Below, piece after piece: positions 32,860 to 46,164 of a stretch of 64,000 bases of DNA; the stretch's first letter is position 1; every line of letters starts with the position of its first letter. This stretch comes from Cladosporium halotolerans (Eukaryota), in the NCBI RefSeq assembly GCF_011745625.1, contig NW_027191453.1:806001-870000 (forward strand), read 5' to 3'. The position numbers and the translations under genes are program-made. Under the pieces are notes generated by a model. It saw only the letters and a program-made list of their open reading frames with translations. It was not told where the DNA came from and searched no databases.

Positions 32860-32865
32860 TTTATA
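32860..32865 (-). promoter_or_regulatory. Putative TATA box of the ORP1-like gene
   Basis: TATAAA on the minus strand is followed by an ATG-free, C-rich stretch of about 600 nt down to the ATG at 32257. Confidence 0.5.
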
Positions 32866-35226
32866 GGCAGCCCTTTCGCCACAGCGGTCAATAGGACAAT
32901 AGCAAAGAGCACATTGTCGCCGTATGACTGGACATGAAACGCATTGACTAGGCCAGACGACCCCTGGTTTGCTCGACACCGCCGAGAGCAGCCACTCACA
33001 GGCCGCCAGGGACGACGACAATAGGATGATTCTGCCGGCTCGTGAGCAAGTTCACGGCGATTCCGTTGCGCGCAGGACCTTTCGCGTTTCAGATGTTGAG
33101 CGGAGCCCGCTGATTGGCTGGCTCCAGCCCAGCTGGGGAGCTGTGAAGTGAGGTTAGATCCAGGTTCGCAGGCCCGCGCTGAGCTGCGCCCCATTCCGCC
33201 ATCGCCTGAAACAGCGACATGTGAATGCAACCTGAGGCAGGGTGTCCATTTGGACGGTCCCAATCGTGCTGTATAGCAAGCCAAACGACAGGTGTGAGCG
33301 GTCTGCCGTCAGGCATCAAGGCTGCGATATTCACAAACATGACCGAGGGCATAAGGCCGCCATTGATCATGTTCAAGAGGATTGTTCGGCGCAGCTGTTC
33401 CGCACAACTCTCTCGTGCAATTGTCCCGCGCAATGTCTTGCGGAGCTGTCCAAACCGTGTAGATCGATCGTTGGCGCGTTCGTCGACCTCGTTGTCTGGT
33501 GAACGGTCCGCAGCGCTCCTTCTCATGGCTGGGCGTTGTTGAGCATATCGTTGTAAATAGAGCGCTCGAATGATCAGAACACCGTGAGATTGAATATATC
33601 TTATCAAAACAGCCCGTCCTATGCGAGTGTTAGCCATTGCTCCCCTCGGTTTCGTTCGAATCTGCATCTGCAAGGCCCTAACCATATCTCTGGTATCTTC
33701 CATTAAAGTTTGTGGCAACACGTCTCCAACAAATGTTGCGCTACCTCCGACACGGCCATTCGCTCGTACATGGCATCAATGCGAGAATCGACAGGAGGAT
33801 TGCATGGCCTCTCAGTACCTGAAAAAGATGGGATAGCAGAACGATTATGGTTGCAAGGCCAGAGCGACCACGCAGCAAGAGATACAGCTACTGGAAGGAC
33901 ATGTGACCAGCGACGGCTACAAATACATATGAAGCGCACTCACTGTCTTCACGGTCTCCAATTGCAATCATGCTGCCCGTACCTGAGCAACCGAAAGGCT
34001 TGACCTGGCCACTCACGCTGTCTGCGATACGGACATGGACCATCGTCTCGCAAACACAGGAAGGGCCGAGGCCGCTGGAGGTCGTATGGCTTTCGGTTCT
34101 GCGTCCGGATAGCTTGTGCTTCGGATTCGGCACGCCAGTGTTGCACGGCCGAGGATGGGGTGCAGTTGGAAGTGAGTTGCTGCAGCCCTTGGCGCCACGC
34201 GGATGGCCCGGGGAGGCGAAGGTGGCCATAGACGTGGGACGGGCATGGGATGGGCCTGGGATACGCCTATTAGCGAGCATACGCGAGCCAATAACGCCGG
34301 TACAGACCCAAACCATGGGTCCCACGGCATGCACACACGCGGGATGGGCGTGCAAGGTACGGGGAGATCAGACGTCCACCTCAACACCGCAGCAAAGGCA
34401 GCCTCTCATATGTGCGTTTCCCACCGTACCATGACCTCGGACCGGGCACCGCCGCCGTGGACGTCCAGGAAAGGCAAAAGTGCAGACGGCATTACGAGCT
34501 GAGCGATGTCAGCAAGCCCTGGCGACACGGGGGGCGATAGAGGGATGGAGGCCACCCAACGACGAGTGACCGACTCGCTCCCTGCAAGAAGAGACGGCCG
34601 AGCACACCGCTCCTGACCTCCGCACTGCCGTCGCTATCGCCTGCGCGTGCTGGGACGGGGCCGGGATGTAAACGAGGACAGCAGCAGCGGCGCTGGATGC
34701 CTGTGTGCCTGTGTGCCTGCCTGCCTCACGCCTCCTTGGGCGGCGCGCGGCGAGCACAACACACAAAGACTGCATTGTCAGCCCACGCGCTGCTGTTGTC
34801 CTCCACCTCGTCTCGCCAGCTTCTTTGACCTCACCTGCAGTATCCGCTAGCCAGTCCTTCTGGGCCCTTCGAGCCTCGCAATCGCAATAGTCGCCCTTGT
34901 CTTATCGCCAAACCCCGACGCTGCTCCACTCTCGACGCCGACTCCGACGTGTGCGTGCGCCCTCCGCCGGCGGCACATTGACCGAGCCGCCTGCTGGCTT
35001 GCCAGCAACACACGTCACAGGGCAGACTCTCTCTCAGCGCCCCACCATTGTCATCGTCCTCGCCCGCCCCTCGAGAGCAAAGACTCGACTCGCCTATCGA
35101 TCCCGCCTCGAACTCGTCTTCTCATACCGAGCCTGAAATTTTCTCCCACCTACCTCACATTGACAGAATCTCGCCAACTCGCTGCCCAGAGCAGAAGTAC
35201 CGTACCTGCAGGTCGCCAATAAGAGC

Positions 35227-37869
35227 ATGAGCTCGCAGAAATCGGATATCCCGATCCGTAGCAACGGACACGCTACCCCTCATACCGCCGGTGCAGTCGC
35301 AGTCGACGATGCTCCAACGGACCAGCAGGGCCCGAAGCCAGACCGTACCAACAACAGGCAGCAGAGCGTAGAACTTGACCCGTATGCCACTCCTGCCGTG
35401 TACTATGGTGAGAGCCATGCGCCCAGGAAGCCCACCAAGACCCGCACACTTTCTTCGGTAAGCCCGCCAATCCGTTCAACACACATATCGCGCACCGCGC
35501 AATGCCCGCACGATCGTGAGAAGAGATGACCGTTACCCGACGAGACAGTAATGCTGACATGATACCGTGCGCAGATCGATGGAAAGAGAGACCCGACGGC
35601 CTACAACGCGCCTAGCAGGCGGACAAGTCTGGACGCACAGGGTGCCCTGCCTCGAAAGTTCCTAGTCAATGTTCAACAGACATTAGATACGCTGCTCTCC
35701 AGAGAAGATACCGACAGGAACTTCCAGATCACAGTTGAAGATCAAGGACCCAAGGTCATTTCGCTGGGCACTGCCGCCTCTGGAGGATACCGGTCGCAAG
35801 ATGTGCGCGGCACATACATGCTGAGCAACTTGCTGCAAGAGCTCACATTGGCACAACACTACAACCGCAAGCAGATTGTTCTCGATGAGGCTAGACTCAA
35901 CGAGAACCCCGTGAACAGACTCTCCCGTCTCATCAAGGACTCTTTCTGGGACAACCTGACCCGCCGCATCGATGGCTCCAACGTTGCAAAGGTCGGCAGA
36001 GACCCCAAGGACTGGACTGATGACCCCCACCCTAGAATCTACATTCCTCGGGGTGCACCAGAGCAGCACCAATACTACACTCGCATTGCCAAGGAGCACC
36101 CGGAGATGCGCTTGGAGGTCATCTGGCTTCCGGAGAAGTGCGACGACCCCAACTACGTCCGTGATCTAAACGAAGCACCCGGTCTGCTTGCTATTGAGAT
36201 GGAGCGAGTCCCGGATACTCCTGCAGGCGAACCCGACTTCAAGGGACTGCCGTTCGTTGTTCCAGGTGGGCGCTTCAACGAGTTGTACGGATGGGACAGC
36301 TACATGGAGACTCTCGGTCTCTTGGTAAACGATCGCGCGGATCTAGGCGAGGCCATGGTCAGGCATTTCTGCTTCTGCATCAAGCACTACGGGAAAATCT
36401 TGAACGCCAACCGCACTTATTACCTCTGCCGATCGCAGCCGCCCTTCTTGACCGACATGGCTCTCCGCGTCTACGAGCACATCAGAGATAAGCCGCATGC
36501 GCTGGGTTTCCTTCGCGACTCCATGTTGGCGGCCATCAAGGACTACTACAATACCTGGATGTCCCACCCGCGCTACGATGAAGAGTCTGGCTTCACCACC
36601 TACCACGCTGACGGCATGGGTGTGCCTCCTGAGACTGAAGCATCCCACTTCGAGCACGTGCTCAACCCATACGCTGAGAAGTACGGCATGACCTTCAAGG
36701 AATTTGTCAAGGCCTATAACTATGGCAAGGTCCAGGAGCCCGAGCTTGACGCCTACTTCATTCACGACCGTGCTGTGCGCGAGTCTGGCCACGACACATC
36801 CTACCGCCTCGAGAACAAGGCCGCTGATATTGCCACTGTTGACCTGAACAGCTGTCTGTACAAGTACGAGACAGACATCGGGCGCACGATCCGCATCTTC
36901 TTTGGCGACAAGCTCGAGATTCCCGCCGACTGGCGCGGTGACAAGCAAAAAGATCTCGCGTACGAGACCTCTTCCACCTGGGACCGCAGAGCTCGCAGGA
37001 GACGTCAGCTTATGGAGAAGCACATGTGGGACGAAGGAAAGGGAATGTACTTTGACTACGATGTCAGGAAAAAGGAAGCAACCGGATACGAGTCTGCGAC
37101 CACTTTCTGGGCCATGTGGGCGGGCGTCTGCACACCCAGGCAAGCGGCTATCATGGTGGAGAAGGCACTGCCCAAGTTCGAGTCTCACGGTGGCCTCACT
37201 TCAGGCACCGAGGAGTCTCGTGGCGCCGTTGGCCTCTCTCGGCCAAACCGCCAGTGGGATTACCCCTTCGGCTGGGCGCCACAGCAGATTCTGGCGTGGA
37301 CTGGTCTGTTGAGGTACAACTTCGACGAGGATGCGCAGCGGCTGGCATACCGCTGGATCTACATGATCACCAAGGCCTTTGTTGACTTCAACGGCGTCGT
37401 TGTCGAAAAGTACGATGTCACCCGCCAGCTGGATCCTCACCGCGTTACTGCCGAGTACGGAAACCAGGGCGCTGACTTCAAGGGCGTTGCTACGGAAGGG
37501 TAAGTCGTCGCATTGCCGCTCACGATCAAACGTATAGCTTTGCTAACGCTGCTGCGCAGTTTTGGCTGGGTCAACGCCTCCTACGTCTACGGCCTTCAGA
37601 TGCTCAATTCCCACATGAAGCGCGCGCTCGGCGCCATCATCCCCTGGGGCACCTTTGCGAAGGGCACAGCCGGCGACAGCGCAATGGAAGACAGCTCACA
37701 AGCCGCCGCCAACGCCGTCCGCGCCGGCGCCGCTTTCCGCCGCATGTCGCTACTCCAAGCTCGTCCCTCGCCCGGCCAGCTAAGAAAAGACTCCTCCGAG
37801 CGCTCAAACAGCACAGTGCTCGACGCACACCTGGGTCCTCACCCGTCGAGCGATCACGCGAGCGGTTAG
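35227..37869 (+). CDS. NTH1: Neutral trehalase (GH37); exons 35227-35457, 35575-37499, 37560-37869
   Basis: Ca-binding [13 protein letters not shown] motif, [47 protein letters not shown] and EGFGWVNAS across intron 2. An RRTS PKA-like site is near the N-terminus. Confidence 0.97.
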
Positions 37870-38567
37870 GAAGCGCACATGGCTGCTTCGGCGGCCCACG
37901 GCTTGGAGGCCGCTTCTCTCGAGCAACAGATGCTTGCACAACACGCGGGAGGTGCTCAGGGACCGAAGTCGGGAGCGCATGGCGGATTGGCCATTCCTCC
38001 TCGCGGCTCTGCCGGACAGCAGACCACGGCTATTCCGCAGACGCCCTGAACGGCACAGCACCACTCGCACTACGGCCAGCAGCGCGCGAGTGTCGTGGAG
38101 CGGAGGAACTCGCACTAGAGCATTGTTCTGACTTGTCTCCGTCACAATTGTCCCTGGGTCTCCCTTGGCTTTCTTGCCCTTGTCCGCCCCTGAGACCACA
38201 TTCTTGAACGGGCCATCACCACAAAATACAACGATCGCGATAGAACCCCTTTCCTATGATATATCTCCCGAAAGTACGAACATAGACATCAGATCGATTC
38301 CTGAGACCTTTGATTTGGTTGTTCTGTCTGGGCGTTTCTTTAGTCGTCCTCTAGATTGCATACAGGCCGTAGAAAACAAATTCGCATTCACATCCCTTGA
38401 ATCCTTTCACGCGTGACGGGATGCCTAAAGATAGACGCGCACACACACAGGTTCATTCTGTCCGTCTTTCCCATCCCCGTCCGAAACATCACGCTGCATT
38501 CCACACGTTCCCGCCGCTCGCTTCTTCCTCTCTTCGCGCCCTCTCGAACATCGTTCATGTCTTTCCT

Positions 38568-39588
38568 TCAACTCCCACCCATGCTCCTCTCAAGCTCCCG
38601 CACCCTCCTCCCCACCAACCCTCCGCCTCTGCGCTTGCTCTTCCCTTCCACTGCTCCGCTTCCACCGGTCCCAGCCTCCTTCCCACCGCTGCCCTTCCCG
38701 CCGTCAAGCCCCAGATCAAACGTTACGCTCCGCTTCCGCCTCATCTCCTTCCCCGACGACCCTGGCGTTTTGATCGAGGCCCGCAGCGCGGAGGCTTTTG
38801 TGGGGCTTTGATAGTGGGGAAGCATTGCTGCGGAGGGTTTTGTCGGGGAGTGCGGTGGGAGGGGAGGAGCGGGCGGGGCGGCGGATTGGAGGGTTGGCCA
38901 TGGTGGTGGGGAGGGCGAAGGGGAGGGGGTTCGAGGTAGTGGGGTGATTGTTGGTTTGAGGTCACTTTGGGAGAAGCTGAGGGAGATTGTTGATGTGGTG
39001 AGGGAGGGGGGTTTGGAGGTGGGCGGGGTTGAGGGTTTGCTGTTGGAGGTCGAGTGGGGTTTTGGGGTGTGGGTGTGGATGTCTATGGAGTGTTAGTTTG
39101 GTGATTGGGAGGATGGGTTGGTTAAGAAGGGGAGAGGACTGACGAGTTGTGATTGCTTCGCGGGTGAGTCTCAGTAGCGGATCTGTTAGATCTTGGATGG
39201 ACTGTGGTAGGCTCCAGCTGTCGAGCATGTTGACGCAGATGAGGTTGCAGAAAGCCGATATCAGAAGCCAGAGGTTGCGGACGAGCGCGCTCCGAACGAT
39301 GCTCGCGGTGATTTCCTCGTTTGCGTACTTGATGACCATATTCCGGGCTTCGAGAGCTGCGACCGTGTTTCCTGTTATGAGACCGAAAGCCATTAAAATG
39401 ACGAACAGTTGGAGGAGCTCCAGAGCGAAGGCATGCTGCTTGTACAGCCGGATCAGACGTTTCTCGTCGCCGTCACCGATCGCTCGCTCTCGGAGCATGG
39501 AGGTGAAGCAAAGAGTGAGGGTGCTTGGTAGAGCTAGTGACTGAAGTGCCATGGCATGGTGCAGTTCGACTGGTGGTGTAAGATCCAT
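38568..39588 (-). CDS. Hypothetical protein; exons 39588-39144 and 39082-38568 (helical N-terminus, Pro/Ser-rich linker, basic C-terminus)
   Basis: A 61-nt GTCAGT...CTAAC...TAG intron (39143-39083) joins ORF 38962-39588 in frame to ORF 38568-38825. Confidence 0.65.
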
Positions 39589-40440
39589 ATTGGCGTGTGG
39601 GCCGGCTCAAGGCCAGGTCGATGTCGAAAGCATGGAGATGAGATATGGACGACGGTAAAGTAAAAGAGCTAGAGCTCGATGGTGTCTTACCTTGGTGCAA
39701 GACATGCTGAAGGTGTAGTCTTCGCAATGTGAGAGTGAAGGTGTTGGCATGTCCGACTGACAGTACGGCAGCATGCACATCTGTCTCAGACCTGCGACGG
39801 CGTGACTGGAGCGGCAAACGCGATCACGTTGATACCCACGTGCTTGATACGTATGTGATCGCACACCTGTAGAAGGAAAGAAAATGTGACACGGCAGGAT
39901 GTCCTTATACTGATCTTCTGGCTTCGGACGGGGTCAAGTTGACCTAAAAGTAATGGTGATGTCGATGCTAGCAACCAACGTGATATCACAGGTCACAAAT
40001 GAACAAGAAGTGTAGCCAAATTTGCAGTCATTTGATCATCCTGTTACAGCTTGATATTTTATCCTGGTGGACACGCAGTACCGGCCAAAGAAAAAGCCGT
40101 ACTTTCATAGATTCAGTCGTTGATTGATGGATACAGTATGCCTCGCGTGCAGATCACATGGGCGCGGTGCTTTGGCCAGCGGAAACAAGCGACTCTGACG
40201 TCGGCGAGAAAAGGGACGGACTGCGACGCGGATGGCCTTCAGATCTTGAGCTTGACCCGAGCTCGGACGCAATTGGACATTTCCTGGCAGCCGTCCATCG
40301 CCATCAACACCACCCAACACACACCCTACACCACCTCCCTCTCTCACTACCCCCACCCTCCATCTCCCGCGCAGATACACCTCGTCATCGTATCTGCAGC
40401 CAGGCGCTGACACCTGTATCCGGCCATCCCCGAGCCCGCC

Positions 40441-42489
40441 ATGGCTTCAGCCCGTGCCACCACTGCTGCCGTCGAGGATGCTGCGACTCACGTCGCCAGC
40501 GCAAGCACCTCCACATGGGATCGCATCTCAAACTGGGCCTCAGACAACAAGGCCGCCGCCTGGACGATCGCAGGTGTGACCGTCGTTGTTGCTGGTGGCT
40601 CCGTATACTACCTGACGCGCCCGGCCTCGGCGCAAGAGTCGTCATCGGAGAAGAAGCCGGCCAAGAAGTCCAAGAAGAAGTCCGCGAAGAAGGATGCTGA
40701 GAAGGCCGCAGAGGAGGGCGCGGCACAGGCCAAGTCTGGTGAGTAGAGGATAGGAGGACGCATTGAATGCGCAAACGCTTACGGAAGGACAGCACCTAAA
40801 GCCGCCGCCGTGGAAGAGCAGTCTGATGACCTTCCTGAGATCACCGAGGAGAGCGTGGGCTCATTGAGCGAGCAGCAGAGGAAAGACTATGCCGCGAAGC
40901 TCAAGGCGGCTGGCAACAAGGCCTACGGAAGCAAGGACTACAACCGTGCCATTGACCTGTACGGCCAAGCCATTCTCTGCAAAGCCGACGCTGTCTTCTA
41001 CTCCAACCGTGCCGCCTGCTGGAACGCCATGAGCAACTGGACCAAGGTCATTGAGGACACCACTGCCGCTATTTCCATCGACCCCGAATACATCAAGGCC
41101 CTTAACCGACGAGCAAACGCCTACGAGCAGGAGGGCCGCTTCAGCGAAGCCCTCCTCGACTACACTGCCAGCTGCATCATCGACCAGTTCCGCAACGACG
41201 CCTCTGCGCAGGCCGTAGAGCGTTTGCTTAAGAAGGTTGCTGAGGTCAAGGCCAAGTCTATCATGGAGGGCAAGGACAAGAAGCTCCCGTCGCCCACTTT
41301 CGTCTCCAACTACCTGCAATCTTTCCGCGACAACGGTCTTCCCGAAGGTCTCGAAGAGACCGCTGACCTCCCCGAGGGCAGCGGTAAGGATCTCCTGCGC
41401 AAGGGTCTCAAGGCTATCAAGCTCCGTACAGGCGAGGGTTACACCGAGGCTGCGGAGTCCTTCGAGAAGGCCATTGAGGCAGGCGGCCTTGACAAGAGCG
41501 AAGCATTGGCGTACAACATGCGCGGTACTTTCCGCTACCTCAGAGGCGACGGCGACTCTGCTCTTGCGGATCTCAACAAATCTTTGGAGCTTGACCCGGC
41601 GCTTGTTCAGTCTTACGTGAAGCGCGCCAGCATGCACCTCGAGCAAAGTAAGTCAATTCGCCATGAACAACCCAACATGAGGAGGGTACTAACGCACAAC
41701 TTGCAGCCAAGCGCGACGAGGCCGCGCGCGACTTCGAGCTTGCCATCGAGCACAACCCCAACGACCCCGACATCTTCTACCACCGCGCTCAGCTTCACTT
41801 CATCCTTTCCGAGTTCTCCATGGCCGCAACCGACTACCAGAAGTCCATCGACCTCGACTCCCAGTTCATCTTCTCGCACATCCAGCTTGGCGTCACACAA
41901 TACAAGATGGGCTCCATTGCTTCTTCCATGGCCACCTTCCGCCGCTGCATTAAGAACTTCGGCGACAAGAGCGACGTCTACAACTACTATGGTGAGCTTC
42001 TGCTCGACCAGCAGAAGTACCAGGAGGCTGTCGAGAAGTTCGAGACTGCCGTCGAGATGGAGAAGAAGATTGTCGGCGAGAAGGGCGGCGGAATGAACGT
42101 CCTCCCGCTCATCAACAAGGCGCTCGCCCTCTTCCAGTGGAAGCAGGACTTCTCCGCTGCCGAGGATCTGTGCCAGAAGGCTCTCATAAGTAAGTTTACC
42201 AAAGATGCACTGGTCATACATCTTTTCCTAACAGGCATCCCCAGTCGACCCGGAGTGCGACATCGCCGTCGCCACCATGGCCCAGCTCCTCTTGCAGCAG
42301 GGCAAGGTCACCGACGCCCTCAAGTACTTCGAGCGCGCCGCCGAGCTCTCCCGCACCGAGGGCGAGATCGTCAACGCCCTCTCGTACGCCGAGGCTACCC
42401 GCACCCAGCTCGAGGTCCAGGAGAAGTACCCGCAGCTCGCGAGCAGGCTCCAGGGCATGGGCGGCCCGCCGCCTCCCGGCATGAGGTAA
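40441..42489 (+). CDS. TOM70: Mitochondrial import receptor Tom70; introns 40739-40792, 41648-41706, 42190-42244
   Basis: N-terminal anchor [12 protein letters not shown]...[19 protein letters not shown] clamp [14 protein letters not shown]...[23 protein letters not shown] and [19 protein letters not shown]. Confidence 0.96.
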
Positions 42490-42938
42490 AGCTCATGCCG
42501 CACTGATCTCGGAGGATTTGTACGTTTTTTAGTTGGTTGGCGAGAGGTGGATTGCATGAGTGGGAAGAATGCCCGTGGATGAGGTTATCATTGACGCTTT
42601 GCTCCTCCTCTTTTAATTTCCTGCCCATCTGCGTGTGGGAGGCTTGGGTTCCTTTCTTGAGCATGGGAAATGAAAGGAAGAAGGTGAGGGGAAAAGCCGC
42701 AATTGTACTATATAAGTTTTTTGTTGAGACTTCCTCTCCGTCAATACGTCGCCGGCGTCTCGGCTTCGATATATACACCGCTTTTTTTCCGGCCGCTTTT
42801 GCTGTAACAATTTTGGATACGTCTTTACAGGTACAGGTATTATTACTGTGATGGGAATTATTCAGTTGCCCTACATGTATACGTCTAGATTCGTCACTCG
42901 TCACTTCCCAACCCAGCCTCCCATCCTTCCCACCCCTC

Positions 42939-45026
42939 TTACCCTTTCAAGAAGCTCCACACATGCACCCCGTTCGCCACAGCAAGCAAGCCCAACACAG
43001 GCAACACATCCTCCATCCCGTGCGCGCGCGGACGCAAGACATCGAAAACTTCGCTCCCACTAACATACACCACCGCCACCGCCAACAGCACCCCGCGGAA
43101 AAGCAGATCGAGCGCCGTGACCAGCACCGGCAAGCCGAGCGCGAACCGCTGCGCGAGGAACAGTTTCGTGCACGTCCGCCTGTAGCTCGCGCCGTCTGCG
43201 CTCTGGTGCCGCGCGAAAGCGTCGAGTTCGGAGCGCGGGAAGGCGCGGATGTCGACTGCGATGGTCGAGGGGTCGGGGTGCGTGGATGGGTAGGCGGGTT
43301 CGGCGGGCGGGCAGCGGAGGGAGCGCAGGAGGGCCCAGCGGGCTGTGTCGAGGAAGTTTGAGGAGGAGGGCGATGGCGAAGCAGGGGGAGTCGCGTGTTT
43401 GATGGCGTCGAGGAGGGTGGGGAGCAGGTGCGGCGGCTCGATGAGCAGAGTGCGGTTCTTCTCGTCTGTCGCTAGGCATTCGCGGTCGAACGCTTCTTTA
43501 GCGTGCGCGTAGTGCACGAAGCGGCTGTAGAAAGCGGGCGAGAGGATTTTGACGCTGAGCGTGCGCTCGTGCTCTTTCTCGCGCAGGTAGCCGGAGCTGT
43601 AGAGCACGAGCTCGGAGTCGGAGTGGTGCGCTGCTTGGTAGATGACGCGCAGGGAGCGGTCGGATCCTTCGACGGCGTGGGTGAGGAAGGCGCGGAAGAA
43701 GGCTTCCAGTTCGTACTCTTCGGCGTCGTAGCTGCGGCCGATGCTCGTGGGCGTCACTTCGGGGCGGAACCAGACGTGCAGCTTCTTCTTGAAGAAGAGT
43801 TGGCCGGCTTGGGCTACGATTCGCGGGAAGGTGACGAAGCCGACCCACCACCAGGAGAGGATGAATCGCACGAGCTGGAGGTTGCCGACGTCCATTGCTG
43901 ATGTCGGCTGGTCGGTGGAGAAGACCCGGGCGACGAGTTTCGGGTGGCCTTTGTCTGATCGCAGGACGATGTTGTTGTCGACCCTGACGTGCCCGAACTC
44001 CTCGAAGGCGGCCAAAGGATCGATTGCACGCAACGAGTAAGAGCCCTTGCGGCTGTTGAAAGGTGAGACGTGAAAGTCCTTTTGCCAGGTCTCCTTGAAG
44101 TAAAGCGCGTTGTCCGTCTTCTCTTCATCTTCAGGATCCATTTCGTCATCGCCACTTCCGGGTCGCAGGAGATAGATGCGTCTCTCGTCGAATGTGTTGT
44201 TGACCTCAAGGATCATGTATTTGAGCTCGGCATCACCGTTGTATATGTACCAAAACGAGACTGGGTTGAAGCTGTACCCCATGAAGCGTGGCGCGGTGAC
44301 TAGATATGCGAAGGAATAATGTTGATCCGATACGCCCTGCTTCTCAAGGTAGATTCTGAGCTTTTCCGCGAGGCTAGTGTTTCCAGCATCGCGGAAGAGA
44401 TAGTCTGATGACCTAATGTTGAACCACGAAGACGGTGAGCCATCGACGGAAAGTGCCTGGCTGGTGCGCCCCGTCATACCCACCGGCACACCCACAAACA
44501 AGTAGGAATAAGCAAAGCTGTGCTTTTGAGGGAACATTCGCGAATGCGTTGTCTTGCTTGGTATGAGCAGTGGAGGTAGCAAGGCTTCCTCAATAGCCGC
44601 CGTGCGGGCGGGACCGTGAAAGTGTTGTTCATCCAGCTGGTTGCCTCGATGAGTGATACCGCCAGCACAGATCCCACATACTCCCAGCATAGAGAATACC
44701 AGAATGTATATTTGCATGGCGTCATCCCAGTAGCTTGATGATATCCAGCCGTAGATACGAGGGATAGACCAATATCCGGCCCATGCCGTGTAACATGCAT
44801 GGCTAAGCAACAGCAGCGTCAAGTCCTGCAGCCAGGTGCCATCCCCTGTATAGATCCTGGCCGCCCATGCTGGTTGCAGTAGCAACAGCCTGGCTGCAAA
44901 GGTCTTGTGAGGGGGTGTGAAGATGCTCCACCACAAAGTCGAGAATGCCCAGGTCCAGATCAGAAGCTTCTTCGTCGGCACAGTGGCGCCATCGCCGGCA
45001 TTCGTAACAGACGCAGGCTCGCGCAT
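42939..45026 (-). CDS. DUF1365 family membrane-associated protein
   Basis: Motifs HSRMFPQKHSFAYSYL, LVTAPRFMGYSFNPVSFWY, ILEVNNTFDERRIYLL, KDFHVSPFN and TFPRIVAQAGQL. The N- and C-termini are hydrophobic; the exact start is uncertain. Confidence 0.85.
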   Translation of the reverse strand: MREPASVTNAGDGATVPTKKLLIWTWAFSTLWWSIFTPPHKTFAARLLLLQPAWAARIYTGDGTWLQDLTLLLLSHACYTAWAGYWSIPRIYGWISSSYWDDAMQIYILVFSMLGVCGICAGGITHRGNQLDEQHFHGPARTAAIEEALLPPLLIPSKTTHSRMFPQKHSFAYSYLFVGVPVGMTGRTSQALSVDGSPSSWFNIRSSDYLFRDAGNTSLAEKLRIYLEKQGVSDQHYSFAYLVTAPRFMGYSFNPVSFWYIYNGDAELKYMILEVNNTFDERRIYLLRPGSGDDEMDPEDEEKTDNALYFKETWQKDFHVSPFNSRKGSYSLRAIDPLAAFEEFGHVRVDNNIVLRSDKGHPKLVARVFSTDQPTSAMDVGNLQLVRFILSWWWVGFVTFPRIVAQAGQLFFKKKLHVWFRPEVTPTSIGRSYDAEEYELEAFFRAFLTHAVEGSDRSLRVIYQAAHHSDSELVLYSSGYLREKEHERTLSVKILSPAFYSRFVHYAHAKEAFDRECLATDEKNRTLLIEPPHLLPTLLDAIKHATPPASPSPSSSNFLDTARWALLRSLRCPPAEPAYPSTHPDPSTIAVDIRAFPRSELDAFARHQSADGASYRRTCTKLFLAQRFALGLPVLVTALDLLFRGVLLAVAVVYVSGSEVFDVLRPRAHGMEDVLPVLGLLAVANGVHVWSFLKG

Positions 45027-45363
45027 GGAAGCCTCCACGGATGACTAGCACCGAGCAAAAGTATCTCCTTGATCTTCCTTGAGAAACAATCTGGATACGG
45101 CCACCCGGTGAGGTCTATGCGGTGAGTCGAGACCACACGGGTGCGGCCGGGGCATGCCAAGGGATTCAGCGTTTGACCCCATCGCTCATCCTTTTGATGA
45201 CTTTTGTGCAATTACATCAACAGTGTTCAAAAAGCATCGGCAATGCCCATCAAATATCTTCGACAAGTCATTCTTTTTTATTCTGTCTAAAAACAACATA
45301 TTCCATTCCCTCTCTTCTTCAATATAGATTTCTGGGTTACGAAGCTTTGCTGGCTGGTCTAGC

Positions 45364-46164
45364 ATGTCGACAATGAAAAGTCCAACCCGGTTACCAGTTC
45401 CGGCGGAAAAGGATTTTCACGTATTCACGACTTTCAGGCTTGACAGTGGCCTCAATTCCAACGACTCTCAAATTGACGTTTGTGGGGGTAGAAGATCGAA
45501 TATCTATCTGTTGCCGTATCATGTTGATCGGCTCAGGGATGCCGCAGCAACGATGACTGGTTTCAACGTCTCCGAATCATTGAAAGACTTGGGTTCTTTC
45601 GAACGCCAGATTTTGAATGCTATAGGACATTTTACGAGAAATGATGATGGAGAAGCTGTTCCTCAAGTCTTCAGGGGGAAGTTCTCGATGTGGCCGGATG
45701 GACGCATCGACGTGTCGTTGGTCCCTGTCCCTCGGACTTCCCCAATTCTCTTCCCTACAACTCTCAATAGTTACTCAAACCCAACATGGACTGTCATTTT
45801 GGATATCCAAGCTACGGAGACAAGCCTTTTCACCGAGGTCAAGACATCAAATCGGATAGATTACGATCGAGCGCGGAAAGCGGCCGGTCTCACGCCGAGC
45901 TCCACCACAGAAGTTCTGCTCTACAATTACTTGGGAGAAGTGATGGACGGATCGATCACTTCAGTCTATTTCTACAGGGACAATGAATGGGTCACGCCGC
46001 ATCACGGAGGCCTTGAAGGAGTGACGAGGAAATTCGCTCTGGATCGCGAGGTGTGCTCTATTGCTTGGTCTGCTGTGATGAAGGAGTCTCTCAGACGTGG
46101 TGAGGTCGTCTGGCTAAGTAATGCTTTCCGTGGCTTCTTCCCTGCTGTCTTTGAATTGAGATGA
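45364..46164 (+). CDS. ABZ2: Aminodeoxychorismate lyase-like, PLP fold-type IV aminotransferase family
   Basis: Motifs FHVFTTFR.D, YLLPYHVDRLRDAA, KTSNR..YDRAR, EVLLYN..GEVMDGSITSVYF, GGLEGVTRKFAL and WLSNAFRGF. Confidence 0.82.
   Translation: MSTMKSPTRLPVPAEKDFHVFTTFRLDSGLNSNDSQIDVCGGRRSNIYLLPYHVDRLRDAAATMTGFNVSESLKDLGSFERQILNAIGHFTRNDDGEAVPQVFRGKFSMWPDGRIDVSLVPVPRTSPILFPTTLNSYSNPTWTVILDIQATETSLFTEVKTSNRIDYDRARKAAGLTPSSTTEVLLYNYLGEVMDGSITSVYFYRDNEWVTPHHGGLEGVTRKFALDREVCSIAWSAVMKESLRRGEVVWLSNAFRGFFPAVFELR

Noticed and set aside
33089..33721. 210-aa minus-strand ORF between the ORP1-like gene and NTH1
   Set aside because: It has no recognisable domain and lacks the codon bias of neighbouring genes. 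It lies in a divergent promoter region and cannot be supported.
4681..46164. A cofactor/vitamin gene cluster (ADE13, PDX2, PPTase, ABZ2)
   Set aside because: The genes are widely separated by unrelated housekeeping genes and belong to different pathways. No PKS or NRPS lies near the PPTase.
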